From positions 992,369 through 1,056,368 of the forward strand of contig JBNZDD010013542.1 in NCBI GenBank assembly GCA_050575255.1: a DNA stretch of 64,000 bases, given 5' to 3'. This DNA comes from Harriotta raleighana. Its lineage: Eukaryota. Made by a program: the position numbers and the translations under genes. Positions 40,955 through 54,100 of the stretch are shown here, piece by piece (position 1 is the stretch's first letter; every line of letters starts with the position of its first letter). The notes beneath the pieces are model-generated. The model was not told where the DNA came from, searched no databases, and was given only the letters and a program-made list of their open reading frames with translations.

Positions 40955-41187
40955 TTATTTACCGTGCTCCTTGCTTAGTCTCTTCAGCTTCATTCTCCTG
41001 TTCTGAAACCATATTTTGACTTGTCTTTCAGTCAAGTTGAGAAGACGAGCCACCTCATGCCTCCGGTCTCTGGTGAGGTACATATTGAATAGAAATTCTT
41101 TCTCCAGCTCCAAAGTCTGATACTTCGTATAAGGACATCTTTTCTTCCTTGTCGATCGAGCGTGCAACCAATTTGCCGAGGGATTAT
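40955..41187 (-). CDS. hoxb9: HoxB9 exon 2 (homeobox)
   Basis: Acceptor ctctgtAG|AT at 41188/41187. [51 protein letters not shown]; RRHEV is B9-type. Stop TAA 40957-40955. Confidence 0.95.
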
Positions 41188-41832
41188 CTACAGAGTTGTG
41201 GTTGGAGTGTATTTGTGTGTGTGTGTGTGTGTGGAGGAGTTGGTGCGGGGGTGGGGGGGAAGCGGAAAACAAATGAAAAGAAAAATAATGTTACAATCGT
41301 GTGCATTTGCTGTATTTTCAGACTGTTTCAATATGCAGCTCACCATTTATACAGCCAGGAAGCCAGAAATAGCGTGACCGTGCTGATGGCGCTCAGTGTG
41401 ACCGGCTACCAAATTGTGATGTGTGGATTTTGTAAACGTTTCGCCGGATGTTTGCAATTTAACAGTAAATTATCCAACCGCGTAAAATAAAAAAAACTTC
41501 ACTTTAAAGTCTTGTGATAGAATTTTCCAGTAATGCTCAAGATAAAATCCGCTCGTTGCAAAATAGTGTTTGTTTATTGCGTCTTGGTGGATAGAGTGGT
41601 AAAACAAAACTCATTAAACGTTTGCAGGTGGCTGTTTGTAGACCCAATAAAATAAAATTGCGGGACGTAAAATAACATACAGGATAAAGCGAATTAAATA
41701 CTTGCGGTTAAACTGCAAATAAATTATACTGTTTTATTAGGACCTGCTGCGGGCCTGTTTTTTTTATATGACGTTCGTTATCTATATGGATTCTGAAAGG
41801 GGAATATATAGTTCTCAAGGCTTGTAACTTAC

Positions 41833-42352
41833 TTTGATGTCTCGTCTCTTTGTCTTCGGCGGTTTCACATATGTTATTGTCTTGATAATACGGTGCTTTC
41901 CTGGAGTCGATGGCCTCGTTATCCGAAGTTGCACAGGTTATTTTTGGCAGCGGCACTGGTAAGGTTTCCCCGCCACGACCGACTAGTGACTCTGCTTTCA
42001 ATGAATCCTGGCTGCTGGGAGCTATCCCCGGTACAGCTACGCTCCTGGGCATTGGCTCCAGCCAGGACCGCATGTACCTGCTCTCGGAGGAGACGGGGTT
42101 AGCCTGGACGAAGGGATGGTACACTGTAGCTGCATTGCCAGTGGTTTGCGGGTACACAGGAGTCCACGAGGTGCTGAATGCGGGAGATTTGGGCTGAAAA
42201 TTGCAAGCTGAGAAGTCGGGGTGGTCAGTGTGCCCCGTCTGTCTAGAGACTATATATTGCCCGGGAGTAAACTTAGTGGAAGATCCCTCCTCACTTTCAT
42301 GACTTATGAGAGAATCCACATAATAATTGCTAATTGACCCAGAGATCGACAT
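41833..42352 (-). CDS. hoxb9: HoxB9 exon 1
   Basis: MSISGSISNYYVDSLISHESE, CNFQPK, VYHP, SRYMRSWLEP (PG9 motifs). Donor A|GTAAGT at 41833/41832. Confidence 0.95.
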
Positions 42353-42459
42353 TTTCAAACATCGTACTCATTGGGAAATATATGTAAGGCTAGAAATTGT
42401 TCTCCCAACTTCTCAACCAACAAAGTAGAGTTAGCTGATATGTTGTGGGCTATCTGCAA

Positions 42460-42520
42460 AACGATTGGTTAAAGTTTTCATGTGGCCGACAGAGCGACAA
42501 TAAAACGTAAATCAATCCGC
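42460..42520 (-). promoter_or_regulatory. HoxB9 proximal promoter (CCAAT, E-box, Pbx-Hox site)
   Basis: ATTGG 42464-42468, CATGTG 42479-42484, CAATAAAA, and minus-strand TGATTTACG at 42514-42506. Confidence 0.7.
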
Positions 42521-45500
42521 AAAGGGAGGGTTACACAATTAACATACATCCCACATTAAATATCTTTTGATGATTATATCCACATTTATGGAACCAGAAC
42601 ACCAGCATACATATAAATATGACTATGTTTATGAACACAAAAGCCTGTTTTAAGTTTCAAATTCAGCATTTCAAGGAACTATTTTGCCCCCTAATTAATC
42701 TTCTCCAGTGTGGCAAATTCCCACACTATGTCTCATAATTGTTTGCCTTCTTTTTAACAAGTTACATAAAAGAACATCTAATAGGATTTTCGCAGTAGAC
42801 AACCCTTAAAACCTCGATGGGTGTTGTGGGCGCTGATAAGTTTACTTTGAAGGCCAGGCGGTTTACAGAGGCTCATGTTTGAGAGATTGCCAATAAACGC
42901 GTCAACTTTTCAGTTTGTAATAACCCGAAGGATCTAATGCTATGGAAGCAAAGTGCTTTCATGCTTACGAATGTGTGAACTCTTAAGAACTCAATAAATT
43001 GTTATGAAAATAGACTTCTCACAAATCATAATCAACCAACTCGACTCTTTGTTTAAAACAAATTCTATTTTGGGCAGAAACTAATTCGAACTAGAATCAA
43101 TTCCATATTACAAAGCTCCATGTTCCAATCGCTAAACTTGCATAAACAGCTTTTGTTTTTGGTTCCGAAAGAGGCAGGAGAAAGCTAACGGCTCTGCTTG
43201 CGAAATTAAGTTTCACAAATTTGTCTCCTTTTCAAAGCGATGTTTCAAACACTTTTAGAGAAACGCAAAGATTCATTAAAAGGCAATGATTTAAATGCAG
43301 GGGGAAAAATCATTCAAACGGTTACAGTACGTCATTTGAAAAGAATTGGACATTTTGAACTTGGCTTATCATATTTATGTTATCTCCCTGCCATCCTTTC
43401 CAGGAAGAACGAACACTGTCCAAGACATATTGTGTGGCCATGAACTCACACCTACTGGAAAATACTTTCTGAATTGACCTCCAGAAGCACCGAGCCAATT
43501 CATAAAACTGAACACAACATGGCGCGATTTACAAAGAGATATCAAATCGAAAGCAGAATATTATTATTGAATATTTATGTGAACACAATTCCTCGGTTGC
43601 ATTAATTCACAGTACTTTTACAATGGGAGTTGAGGCTAAATTTCAAAAACAAATTAAAACTGGACTTGAAACGAGAATATTCGCTAAACAATAAGATTGA
43701 AACTCAATCGGCGTCTATGAAAGAAAATGTGATTATTTTTCAAATCGCCAAAGATTACCAAAGGTAATCAGGAAAACTGAAGGTAAGAACAATGAATATT
43801 ATCCTTATCTAGACGGATTAAGAGTTCTTTTGACTAATAGGTTGTAGATTTAGAAACGTTTTATTCCAGACCAACAAGGTTTGTGCCTTATTTCACAAAT
43901 TGTTATTTTTTAATGAAGGAAATATTAAGGAAATAACTGTGCATCTTAATTTTGCGGACCTCTCGTCTTGGCGATGAAATATAGTAAGATTTCTGTTATT
44001 AACAGCCTTCTATTTTAAAGTACCACAACTCTATTTATGTGACTAAATGCACTTGGCATTAGAGAAGATATACATTCGTATCCGAATGCTTAGAATAAAA
44101 TTCAACATTTTTTAACTTTTTCTAAAAAAAATTGAAGGGAACCATTTTAAATATATTAAAGCAGATGTATTTTAGCACAATCACGGGCCACTGGAGGGTA
44201 TCACTCAGCATAGCTGGTATCAGTTATATTTTTGTCAGTTATGGTTGAAACTGCATAAATGACTGATTACATGCTCTCATCTTTAAATTAAAACACTTTG
44301 GGGATATGATATTACTGATCAACCTTTGCTTCAGATATTGTTCACGACTTGAAACTTAAATGTTTTAAAATTATCTTAAGATTTTTGTATTTATTTTACT
44401 TTTTAAAAGAACGGGAAACTGCATCAGTGTGTACACTGTTGTACAATGTGTTGTGTTGTACAAACTTAAACAGCGACATCGCCTTTCTTCCTACACACTG
44501 CTCACACAGCAATTTCTGAATGTTAACATTCATAAGTGGCAAATTCTTCTTCAACATGTTTTCTGTGTTGTGGTACACGTTGTGAAACCGCACAATTCAT
44601 CACCTAACGTGACGAGATTCAAAAGATACGATAAACGCACTAGATATAGTTATAGGTAGAATTCGTTTTAGGCAGTTTAAGTGTAAAATAATGCAATGGT
44701 GTATATTTATTGACTATGCCAAGCACGTTTTGATGAAACTAAAATGATCCTCAGGCACACAACATTGTTCTAGCTAATAATTTCAATTATGCTACTTCAA
44801 AAAGTACTTTGTAAGGCGACACTTGCTTTTCTGCATCTGTTTTATATTCAGGAAATTTAATCTGGCTCTGTGCGATTTTGTAAATGGTAAATTCACAACA
44901 CAATCCAGAATACAGATATTCCTTTTGATTCAAATCCAATCATATCAAGGAAGGAATGCAACAGTACATCCAGGTTTACTGGAGTTTCCCTATTCGATCT
45001 CCGCCATATTCTTGCAATGTTTTGGTCTTTTTAAAACCAAGAAAGAAAATATAGCAATAAATATGCTAATTCAGGGTGAGGAAATCGTCCATTGTATATA
45101 CATTCAGCGACATTCCAGTTAAACTTGCATTTGAAAGTGATTTAGCAATCGGCAGCAGTCGGTAATTTTCTTAAATTATTCATTAATTGTTGAACGAAAC
45201 AGTGTTCGGTAGCAAAAACACATTTCTGTTATTGGTTCGATATTCAAGAAATGAACTTTCTGTACAATAGCGAATGTGAATTTTATTTTAGTGATAGGTA
45301 AATAGTAGTCCAGTAATCCATACTAAAAATACCATCAACGTCCAGTGTTTCCATTATATGCTATAAACCACATTACTACACCGATTGGTTTATTGGGGGT
45401 TATTTTTAGGGAAATTGTAAGATAGTTTTTGAACTTCAATGATATGGCTTTTTAAAAAATGCTTTTAAGGGGCAAAGCGGTCTCAATAGAAAATGGCGAA

Positions 45501-46903
45501 TGTATCCCAGAGAGATATGGTCATGAACAAGAGCAATTCTGTCGGTCGGGGTCGCTGCAGTCCATTTAAGGTGGGATCGGCTTGTTTGGTTTCGAAGCGA
45601 CAAGTTTGCCTCAGGCCTATCTGGTCAACAACATGTGCTCACACTGAACACAAAACACAAAACACCGTAGACCCATTTTACATTCACCAAATCGGGTTAG
45701 CGCAAATATCCTCAACACTTTGAAACCATTTTCATGTGCAGTGTCGCTCATGTCAAGATTCGATGAACCAGAACGGATGGACAGGGAAAATAATCAACCT
45801 TGGATAAATCAAAACCGTATTGCACATCACAAGATAGATCGGCAAGAGAGGCCGATTGAAAGAAAGGCTGATCCAACACGGAAATTTGGGAATTTTCCTT
45901 TGCCCCGATTCAATCAGTCTTTTAAACGGAACCCAAACTCTCTCTCGTATGTGTTTTGAAGAGACGCCCGATATTAAGTGCTAAAGTGACGGAAATCACC
46001 ATATTGCAAGTAAATGAAATATTTCGTAAAGTTTCGAAATAAACTTTGGTCATTTACAGAGTACAGTTGAACCCAGTATCCGGTGAAATTGTACGAAAGA
46101 AATCCCCACTTCCCAAGGAAATGGATGAGGAAAGGGAGGAAATCGTTTATTGCAGTTAGAAAATGATTCATCCATTAAACGAATGAATTCAAACATACAA
46201 TCTATGAGCAAGTTTGTCTGGCTACGACAGTAATTTCTTTTGCACAAAACTTTCTTTGGATGAATTGACAATGCTGTTTTTTTTAAAAAAAATACTTATT
46301 CAGACTCGATGCAAATACAAGTTTAAAACACAAGGAACTGCGTATTTTTATAAGCTACCTTTTCTGTGGTCCACATTCTCCATTGGATCGCAATGGCGAG
46401 AAAGAAAAGCGAACTCATCAAACGAAATCCGTTTGTAATGCACAAATATACTAATTTTAATTTGTCGGTTCATCCTCCTTTCTTCAAATCATTTCCTGTT
46501 CCTTCTCAAACACTTATTAACCAATAGAAATCCCTGAATACTTAAACAGGAACAAGCTATTTCGGTGCGATATTCTGCGAATATTGGTTAACATTCTTAA
46601 ATACTTATATTAATGGAATCGCTCTGTCCCACTGTCTGTCTCTCTGTCTATGTATCCGTTTTTCAATCAACAAAACGTATAATAGAAAGAAAATTAGTTC
46701 TAATTCTTACACAGTATACTTGATTCAAATATACATTAAACAATGGCAAATTGTGATTTTTTTAGTAGAAAGTATAAATTTAAACTATTTGTATAGGTTG
46801 CACTGTAAATAAACTCACACACATATATATTAATACACTGATTTGCGCAATTGGCTGTCGTATTTTGCTCACAAAATACAGTCAATTAACTTTACAGTAC
46901 ATT

Positions 46904-46967
46904 GTATGAAGCGCTTTGAGACGTCTCACAGACGTGATGAGACGCTACATCAAATGCAAGGATTATT
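46904..46967 (+). mobile_element. 5'-truncated L2/SINE 3' tail
   Basis: GAAGCGCTTTGAGACGTCTCACAGACGTGATGAGACGCTACATCAAATGCAAGGATTATT, closely related to the inverted copy at 62275-62346. Confidence 0.7.
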
Positions 46968-47159
46968 CTAATACAGGCATATGTACTGATCTATATGAGT
47001 AGATTACGATAATGTCAGCAGTTAGTATCCATGACAGCCAGTTTTAGAACTAGCACACTCGCACAACAAAATGGGGTCTTTGTGAGCCATGTAACAGCAT
47101 TTCTTCTGCAGGGAAAGCAATCCATTTTCTAATTAAATTCCGACAAGTTTGCGATGAAA

Positions 47160-47247
47160 ATAACTGGAGTAATAAAGGCAGTTTCTTGTCACTGTGAACA
47201 AAGAGCAGCCCAACAACAGGAAACTACCTGAATCACACAACAGTTGC
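47160..47247 (-). ncRNA. mir196: mir-196 hairpin; mature 5p at 47230-47209 (variant CAGGUAGUUUCCUGUUGUUGGG)
   Basis: Seed AGGUAGU is intact. Star arm CAGTGACAAGAAACTGCCTTT at 47194-47174. Basal stem AACTG/CAGTT. Canonical position between Hox9 and Hox10. Confidence 0.95.
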
Positions 47248-47884
47248 ATTTCACTTTCACCAAAGCTTGCACCTAATGAATGTAGTTTAGTCGCAATCGC
47301 AAATTAAAGACCATTTGGCAAAATGGTTTCCATCACAAAAAAGAAACGCTGCATGAATTCTGAATCCGACAGGTTATCACAAACTCCAAAATTTCACACA
47401 GAGTAAATGATCATTATGAACTATTCAACTATATTTCAACTAAATGTTTTGCGCGTTTCTTATCTTAACACTATCGATCCTGTGAAGGGGTGATTAAAAT
47501 ATTTTATAAAGTGAAACCACCAATGGCACAGTTACCACAGGTTTCAATTTCCAAGTCGAATCACGTGACAATTCAAGCTCCTAAATTAACCCCCAATATC
47601 TATGCATGTTCGCAAAGGAATCCAGCTGAATGCAGCTAAAATTACATTTGCTTGTAAAAGTTTGTTTGCAAAACTATGTGTATGTAAAAAAAACATATCC
47701 TACCATTCCGTTCTTATCCTTCTAAATATGCTGCAGCCAAGTTTGAGCAACTGTTGCCTAAAATCCGCTTGAAGTTTGTTAAACAAGTATGGCATTTCCC
47801 TGATCTGAAAGCTGTGTTGCATGGCAAGCTGCTCCGAACCAAAGTGCCCAAATCCAACTGCTCCTGAACATGACAGCAACTTGC

Positions 47885-47995
47885 CAAACATATTTACAAG
47901 CCATAAAATGTTATAAAAGCAGACGCGGTCGACCATAATACACCGCCACTGCTCATAGCCAAATTACGACTGTCTAGATAGTATTTAAATCACCC
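47885..47995 (-). promoter_or_regulatory. Hox9/10 intergenic element, probable pri-mir-196 promoter
   Basis: GCCATAAAA, TTATAAAA, AATTACGAC and TATTTAAAT within a CpG-containing block about 700 bp upstream of mir-196. Confidence 0.5.
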
Positions 47996-48245
47996 ACACC
48001 GGATATCAAATAAATTTAAACCACTGGTTTTTTTTCTTTGGGACACGAAGCTTGTAGATTCTCCTTTTCTTTTTCTCTCTCTCTCGCTCACTTTTTACCC
48101 ACCAACTTGTCCATTTCAGGTCAATTTCACGGGTTCAAAATCAACCAACCATCTTCCGTGATGTCCACGAGCCAGACCTCGAGGAAGAATCAACACAGAG
48201 TGAATGATCGTAATGAACTTTTAGATTGTTGCGAGTATGGAGTGT

Positions 48246-48277
<32 letters not shown>

Positions 48278-49741
48278 AATCATGCAAGTCCAAACAATTA
48301 GAACTTGTCTTTATTTATTTTAAATCTGGATTTAACAGAGCCCTACAACAAGGCTAACGAATTAATACAACGACTTTTAGCCGTAAAAAATGTTGTAACA
48401 TGCCATACAAAACATTTAACACACAATGTAAAATTAAAATATTTTAAGTTAAATACTTATTAGTGGAATTACAGTCAGAATATCGTTGTCCACTATTTAA
48501 GTTGTGTCACTTCAATCGATGGTGGTTTGCGGTTAGTTTAGTGTCATAGTAGTGAACAACAAATGACGAGAAGACCAGTAAATAGTCTTTGGTTTGTTTC
48601 TTTAAAAATAAATATTACTTTTTCTTACATTTTTCGAAGTTCTAACATCTAGTGTAACAAACATCTCCCTAAATAGATGCAGGAAAAGGCAAAGTAACGA
48701 AGAAACGATGACGATTTAATAAACTTTAGATACTTTTGAGAAACATGTAATACGACACGTGATTACCAAGTACAAAGACAATTCAATTAGTTTACAATAT
48801 CTACTCCAGGTGAAAGTTTGCTGTAAGAGGTATAAACTGCTTGTTTGGCAAACTGGGGTTTAACCTGACCACTATTTTCACATTTTGGTGCCCCAACCAC
48901 CACCCAATTAGCTTCCACATTTTAGAAAATGTTCTTCTTATTCATCAGTTGAATCAATTATTGCGTTTAGTTTGCTAATCCTATGACTGATAGGACATTA
49001 ATTCCGCTTTCTGTCATTCTGTTCGTGCAGCCTTGATATTAAAAAAAATCCTGCCATTACGACTGTTACGTGGATCAGAAGGCGAAAATAAATCATTCGC
49101 TTAAGTCTGCAACTTGTGGATGAGGTCAGGGTGCAATTGGATCCCACTAAGACGTTGTCCTCCAGTATTTTCCAAAGTGAAGGATATTTTTCAAAGTGGA
49201 ACGAAGCGTTTGAGGTATTCATAGGCGCGGGGGGTGGAGTGGGTGGGAGGGTGTATAGATCAACAGCAGGTTTTAATCATGAAATGTTCATATTTACAGG
49301 CAATTTATGCAAATTGTGTACCACGGGAGATGTGTTCCAGGGGTGTTGATGTCAGGTGACGAATGATTTCAATTACTTGATTTTAATCAACACATCGTAC
49401 AAACGTCACTTGTTTAAGCAAAGACCTGGACTTTCATGGCATCAAGTTAAGATTTAGACATCCGAGTTGACACGTGTAATCCTCATTTTAAAAAAATCCC
49501 ACAGGCCATCCAACAGCTGTTAGTGTCTTCATTGATATTTAGTGGAGAAAACACCTCAGCTTTTCACTTTAACACTCAGATTCAACATTCAAAATCTGTT
49601 GACCATCAGAAATGCAGTTCTTGTACTTGTTGAAGGCAACTTTTTCGTAAACTCAGTTCCATCGTCCTTTGTGCACGAGAGCTATACTGAAAAGGTAATA
49701 TCGACAATTGGGAAGGGTGGGGGGGGGGGGGGGGGGGTTCN

Positions 49742-49776
<35 letters not shown>

Positions 49777-50669
49777 GTTCCTAAAATGTCTTTTAAATGT
49801 ATTGATCACTGTGTGGAGAACAATGCCCAGATGAACGTGCTTTGAAGTAAAGGAGGATGTTCATGTTTTGTTACGTTTGTAACAAAAGGACGATAAAATA
49901 ACTCGCAGGGTATCTGTGATAGGAAGGAAACTGGGGTTAGCAGTTACTGGTGGAGATTAAAACCAGGGACAAACACCACACAAAAGGTTTTCTTTACTCT
50001 TTATCAGATCGTCTCCCGTTTTACTTGCAAACTTGGATTTGCTTCAATAAACGGTGGGATGGATCTATCCCAGACTGACATCTCTCCAAAGACAAGACAT
50101 ACTTCCAATTTTATTCCCGTTAGTCCAATTGCACCACATTGAGTGCAATGCTCACGGCATTTATGACAAGCATGGTTGTTTGAATTGTTTCCTGTCTACT
50201 AAGGTTTTTTTTTGGTAGCAAGTTAATGCCAAAAAAACATTGTTAGAGGAAATAATAGGTGCACAAATGGCTCACTCTAGGATGTAAACTAAGTATAAAA
50301 TTGCTCTATTGTCCCGGCATAAGATCAAGCCGCAAATTTTAAAATGGTTATATTTCTAAGCGTAAAATACGTGTAACACCAACTATGCGCCCATTTTAAT
50401 CGGATGAAATTCAAACCAAATGCCACAAAGGCGAACGATGAAAGTGTCATCGGAGCCAAATATTAGTTTTTATTTTTTTCTCGGTTGTTTTGCTTATTAA
50501 TTAGTTAATAAGACGCTAAATTAATTCATTTCACTGATGCACTTTTGCAATGTTTCAAGAAGCACTGTAAATTTTCATCTTTACGTGAAATTAACAAGCA
50601 TGTCCAAAAAGTTGAGGTTGAGTCATTTTGAACTTGCAAACTCTGGACTCCATCTTGTTCCCTTCCCCT

Positions 50670-50799
50670 TCACCCTCCCCCACTCCCTACCACCCCGCTG
50701 GCTCAATGTTGTTCTAGAGACTAGACTTGTGAACTTGCAGCTCCACCCCACCACTACTCCCGGACTGTCAATATTGTTTTAGAGTCTAGACTTGTGCAC
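50670..50799. repeat. Degenerate ~65-bp tandem duplication in HoxB10 3'UTR
   Basis: TCAATGTTGTTCTAGAGACTAGACTTGTGAAC (50703-50734) versus TCAATATTGTTTTAGAGTCTAGACTTGTGCAC (50768-50799): 28/32 identical, each preceded by a C-rich tract. Confidence 0.7.
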
Positions 50800-50845
50800 A
50801 AAAAAAAGACGGTTGTATCTACTATCGATTAATCAGTGCTAATCA

Positions 50846-51117
50846 TCAGATGGGGAAATTGGTTGGCATTTCTCGAATTCTATTTTCCCTGCTCATCTTT
50901 TTCAGCTTCATTCTTCTGTTTTGAAACCAGATTTTGACTTGTCGGTCAGACAGATTCACGCCCTGGCTAATCTCCAGTCGGCGCTCTCGAGTCAAATACA
51001 TGTTAAAGAGAAATTCCTTTTCCAGTTCCAGGGTCTGGTGTTTAGTGTATGGGCAACGCTTCTTCCTTCCGCCCTTCGGAGTCAGCCAGTTTATCGCATT
51101 CTCCGTCTTTGTATGTT
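50846..51117 (-). CDS. hoxb10: HoxB10 exon 2 (homeobox)
   Basis: Acceptor ttgacAG|AA at 51118/51117. [42 protein letters not shown]...[14 protein letters not shown] is PG10. Stop TGA 50848-50846. Confidence 0.94.
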
Positions 51118-54100
51118 CTGTCAATCGGGAAAAACAAATTGTCAAATGGACTGCCGAGTAAAAGTGTTCTTTCTTTATTTAACCCCAACAGCATCACGAC
51201 CCGAGATTCGAAATGGTCTCTCGTTTGGGCAGGAGGGGGGAGAAGGGTCAACTAGCCATCCGCGATTCTTCCTGTTTCAAAACACAAACTGCAGAAGGTG
51301 CTGCACATCAAATGAGTGGAACCTCATTTTATTTTACAATCACAAAGTTGGTTTCGTCCAGGGGAGTGTGTGTGGTGGGGGGGGAGGGGTGGGGGGTGGG
51401 GGGGTTAGATTCTATTGGGGCAGGGCCAAAAGTTGCATACTTTCAACTTAACTCCAAGTGTTTTCGAAATATATCAAGAAAGTGTAACTATATTAAAAGT
51501 TACTGAGATGAAATCTATTGCAATGAAATATCAATGAGAGGGAGCCTTTGTGTGTAGCCTTATGACAGCAGCCCTCCAAGTGAAATGAATGGATAGAACG
51601 TGCCGGAATCATTTAGCATGTTCCTTCACACGCGGCCCTTGCAGCCTAACAAAAGCAGGACTTTAGTATTATATATTATGTGTGTGTGTGTGTGTGTGCG
51701 TGCACGCATAAAATAAACCTAAACTAATTTATATCGAAGCTGTATTTATCAGCGAAACAACATTGACAACCATTATCCCTTTAGTGAATAATATCCATTG
51801 GACAATCATGTCACCTCCTTTTCTAACTGGATGGATGCATTACCGAATAGCTGTTCTACACTCTGAGTTGTCGATCACACGACAGTTGTTAGTGGGAAGG
51901 TTCTTTGCCTCTATGCACACAATAAGGAGCTCATGCACTGAATTGTACGGAGGTTATGATTTATACACTAATGGAATATTAGCTGGTTTTGATATGGCAA
52001 GCACTCTGATGCTTGGAACTGTTTCCTTTTAGTGAATTCCACATCTTCTTATTTCCAGCTACTCGTTTTTCAAATTGTAAAGTATCGATAGTTCCAAATA
52101 ACACCCCCCACCCACCGCCCCGCACTCACTTACACCCCATTTGTTCATCTTTTAATGGAAAGTTACATTGTCAGATTGAAGTCTCTGTATTTAACGAGTT
52201 TAGCACACAGGAAGCTGGAGTAACTGTCTTGCCACAAAGTATCAGATTTACACAGCGATTGTTTGTTAATTGCCAAAGGAGTTCACAAATGGGCGCGAAA
52301 AGTTGCTAAACTAAGGTAATACATCGAATTCGTTTCTATAAATGCGCTGAAAAAAAAATGTATTCATTTGCAAGCAAAACACAAAAAATTCTCAAAATCG
52401 GAGAGGCTTGTAAAATAGAGTGAGAACAAAATTTCGGGATTATAATTCAATGTCTATTAACCAGTCTTCTATGAAGGTTTTATGGTTACATTTCAAATAA
52501 ACTTTCATTGCTCGGTTGAGGTGAAAATTGACTGGATATAAAGACGGTTAGGATGAAAAATAATGGATCTAATTATTGTAATGCCTTTGAATTGCAGTTT
52601 CAACAGCAGGAACATTTAAAAATTTGAGAGGAAATAATGCAAATGTTTTATGTTTACCCAAGCAAACAATCCATTCCAGATTCTTCATAAACGTCATCTT
52701 AAAAATCGATCCCTATTGAGTAAAGGTGATATGTAATGATTCAGTGATATGTCCACTACAGTGCCTTAGTCTTGAAAACTAATGTAATGTTTTCACTTGT
52801 TACCATTGAATCACAAAACCAATACTGTTTTTGTTTATAGAAACTGTAAAATTAATATCTGGTTTTACAAAAATAGAAACATTAAAGAACGTGAGGAGCG
52901 AAGTATGTGTCTTGATTAGTTTGATCAAGCATAGAAAAACAAGGACTTACTGTATAACTGTATGATTCTATATCATAATACTTCTGCTCGTGTTCTTAGC
53001 TCGTGTTCAAATTCTAAAGTCACTACATTAAGTACAGTATTACGAAACCCTCTGTATCAAATGAAATCTGATAATGATATTTCTGTGCTTTTAACCTTAA
53101 AGATTCACAATTATTACTGTATGTACCAGCTAATAAATGGTATAGCTATTTTAATAGCAGTTCGTATTCATATCCAGAAAATATAGTCGCAAACATTACA
53201 ACGAAAGTATTGTGATCCTCAAATTAATATTTTGTCTGGAAGGTCATACTTGCCATGCATTTCCTCGTTACATGCCTCTTTCATTTTGGTCTCTAATCTT
53301 TCGAGAAAAGGAAAAAATACATTTCTGTGATATTGATTCTATTGGTTTGAATTCTATCCACATGATAGTTTGTGTATTTGTTGCGCTATTATTGTTTGTT
53401 TGATTCCTTCAATTTAACTAAGCAACTCCTTAGATCAATAGAAACCCTGGCATGTGGCCTTTTTCAAGTGCAGCAAATGGCAGAATAAGGCCAAATGAAG
53501 AGTAGCAAGTTTGGAAAGGAATACGCGACAATAAACGACTTTGTGGCTTAGCTGGAACAATAAAACATGAATCAAACGTGTATCTTTACAAAGCTTGTTA
53601 CAGATCAATTGAGAAATCGTTGTTTTGTGCTGCTTTAAAATGTTTTTGAATCATATGTGTTGCAAAGGCATTGGGTATTGCATGAGAAATGTCTTCACAC
53701 CAAACAACAAAGGATAAGTCAGTATATAAGCACATTGGAAGATGCAAACCAGAAATTGCAGTACAATTGTGAGAGATTCATTCCTCTCCTATCTATTTGA
53801 CCACGCGATATAGCCCATCAATCCAACACCATTTAACCTGGAATTGCGATGGAGTGAATCTGAATCTGATTTAGTCTCGGTACCATTCGAGTAAGGGATC
53901 GATCCGGTTCATATTAAAGCAACATATATTTGAAAAGAAAACAGCGTTTGGAATGCAAAAAGCATTTGACTTGTCTGACAAAACAGAAGAATATTTCACC
54001 CCGGGAGTATTCATTATGACAGTCCTACATACATCTGTAAACATGTGGCATTTTTATCTTCGTCCTAATGCAGAATAACCAAGAAAAATATGTTTGCACG

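Noticed and set aside
50776-50791. GTTTTAGAGTCTAGA resembling a Cas9 repeat/sgRNA scaffold start
   Set aside because: Only two degenerate copies in a vertebrate 3'UTR, with no array and no cas genes; coincidence.
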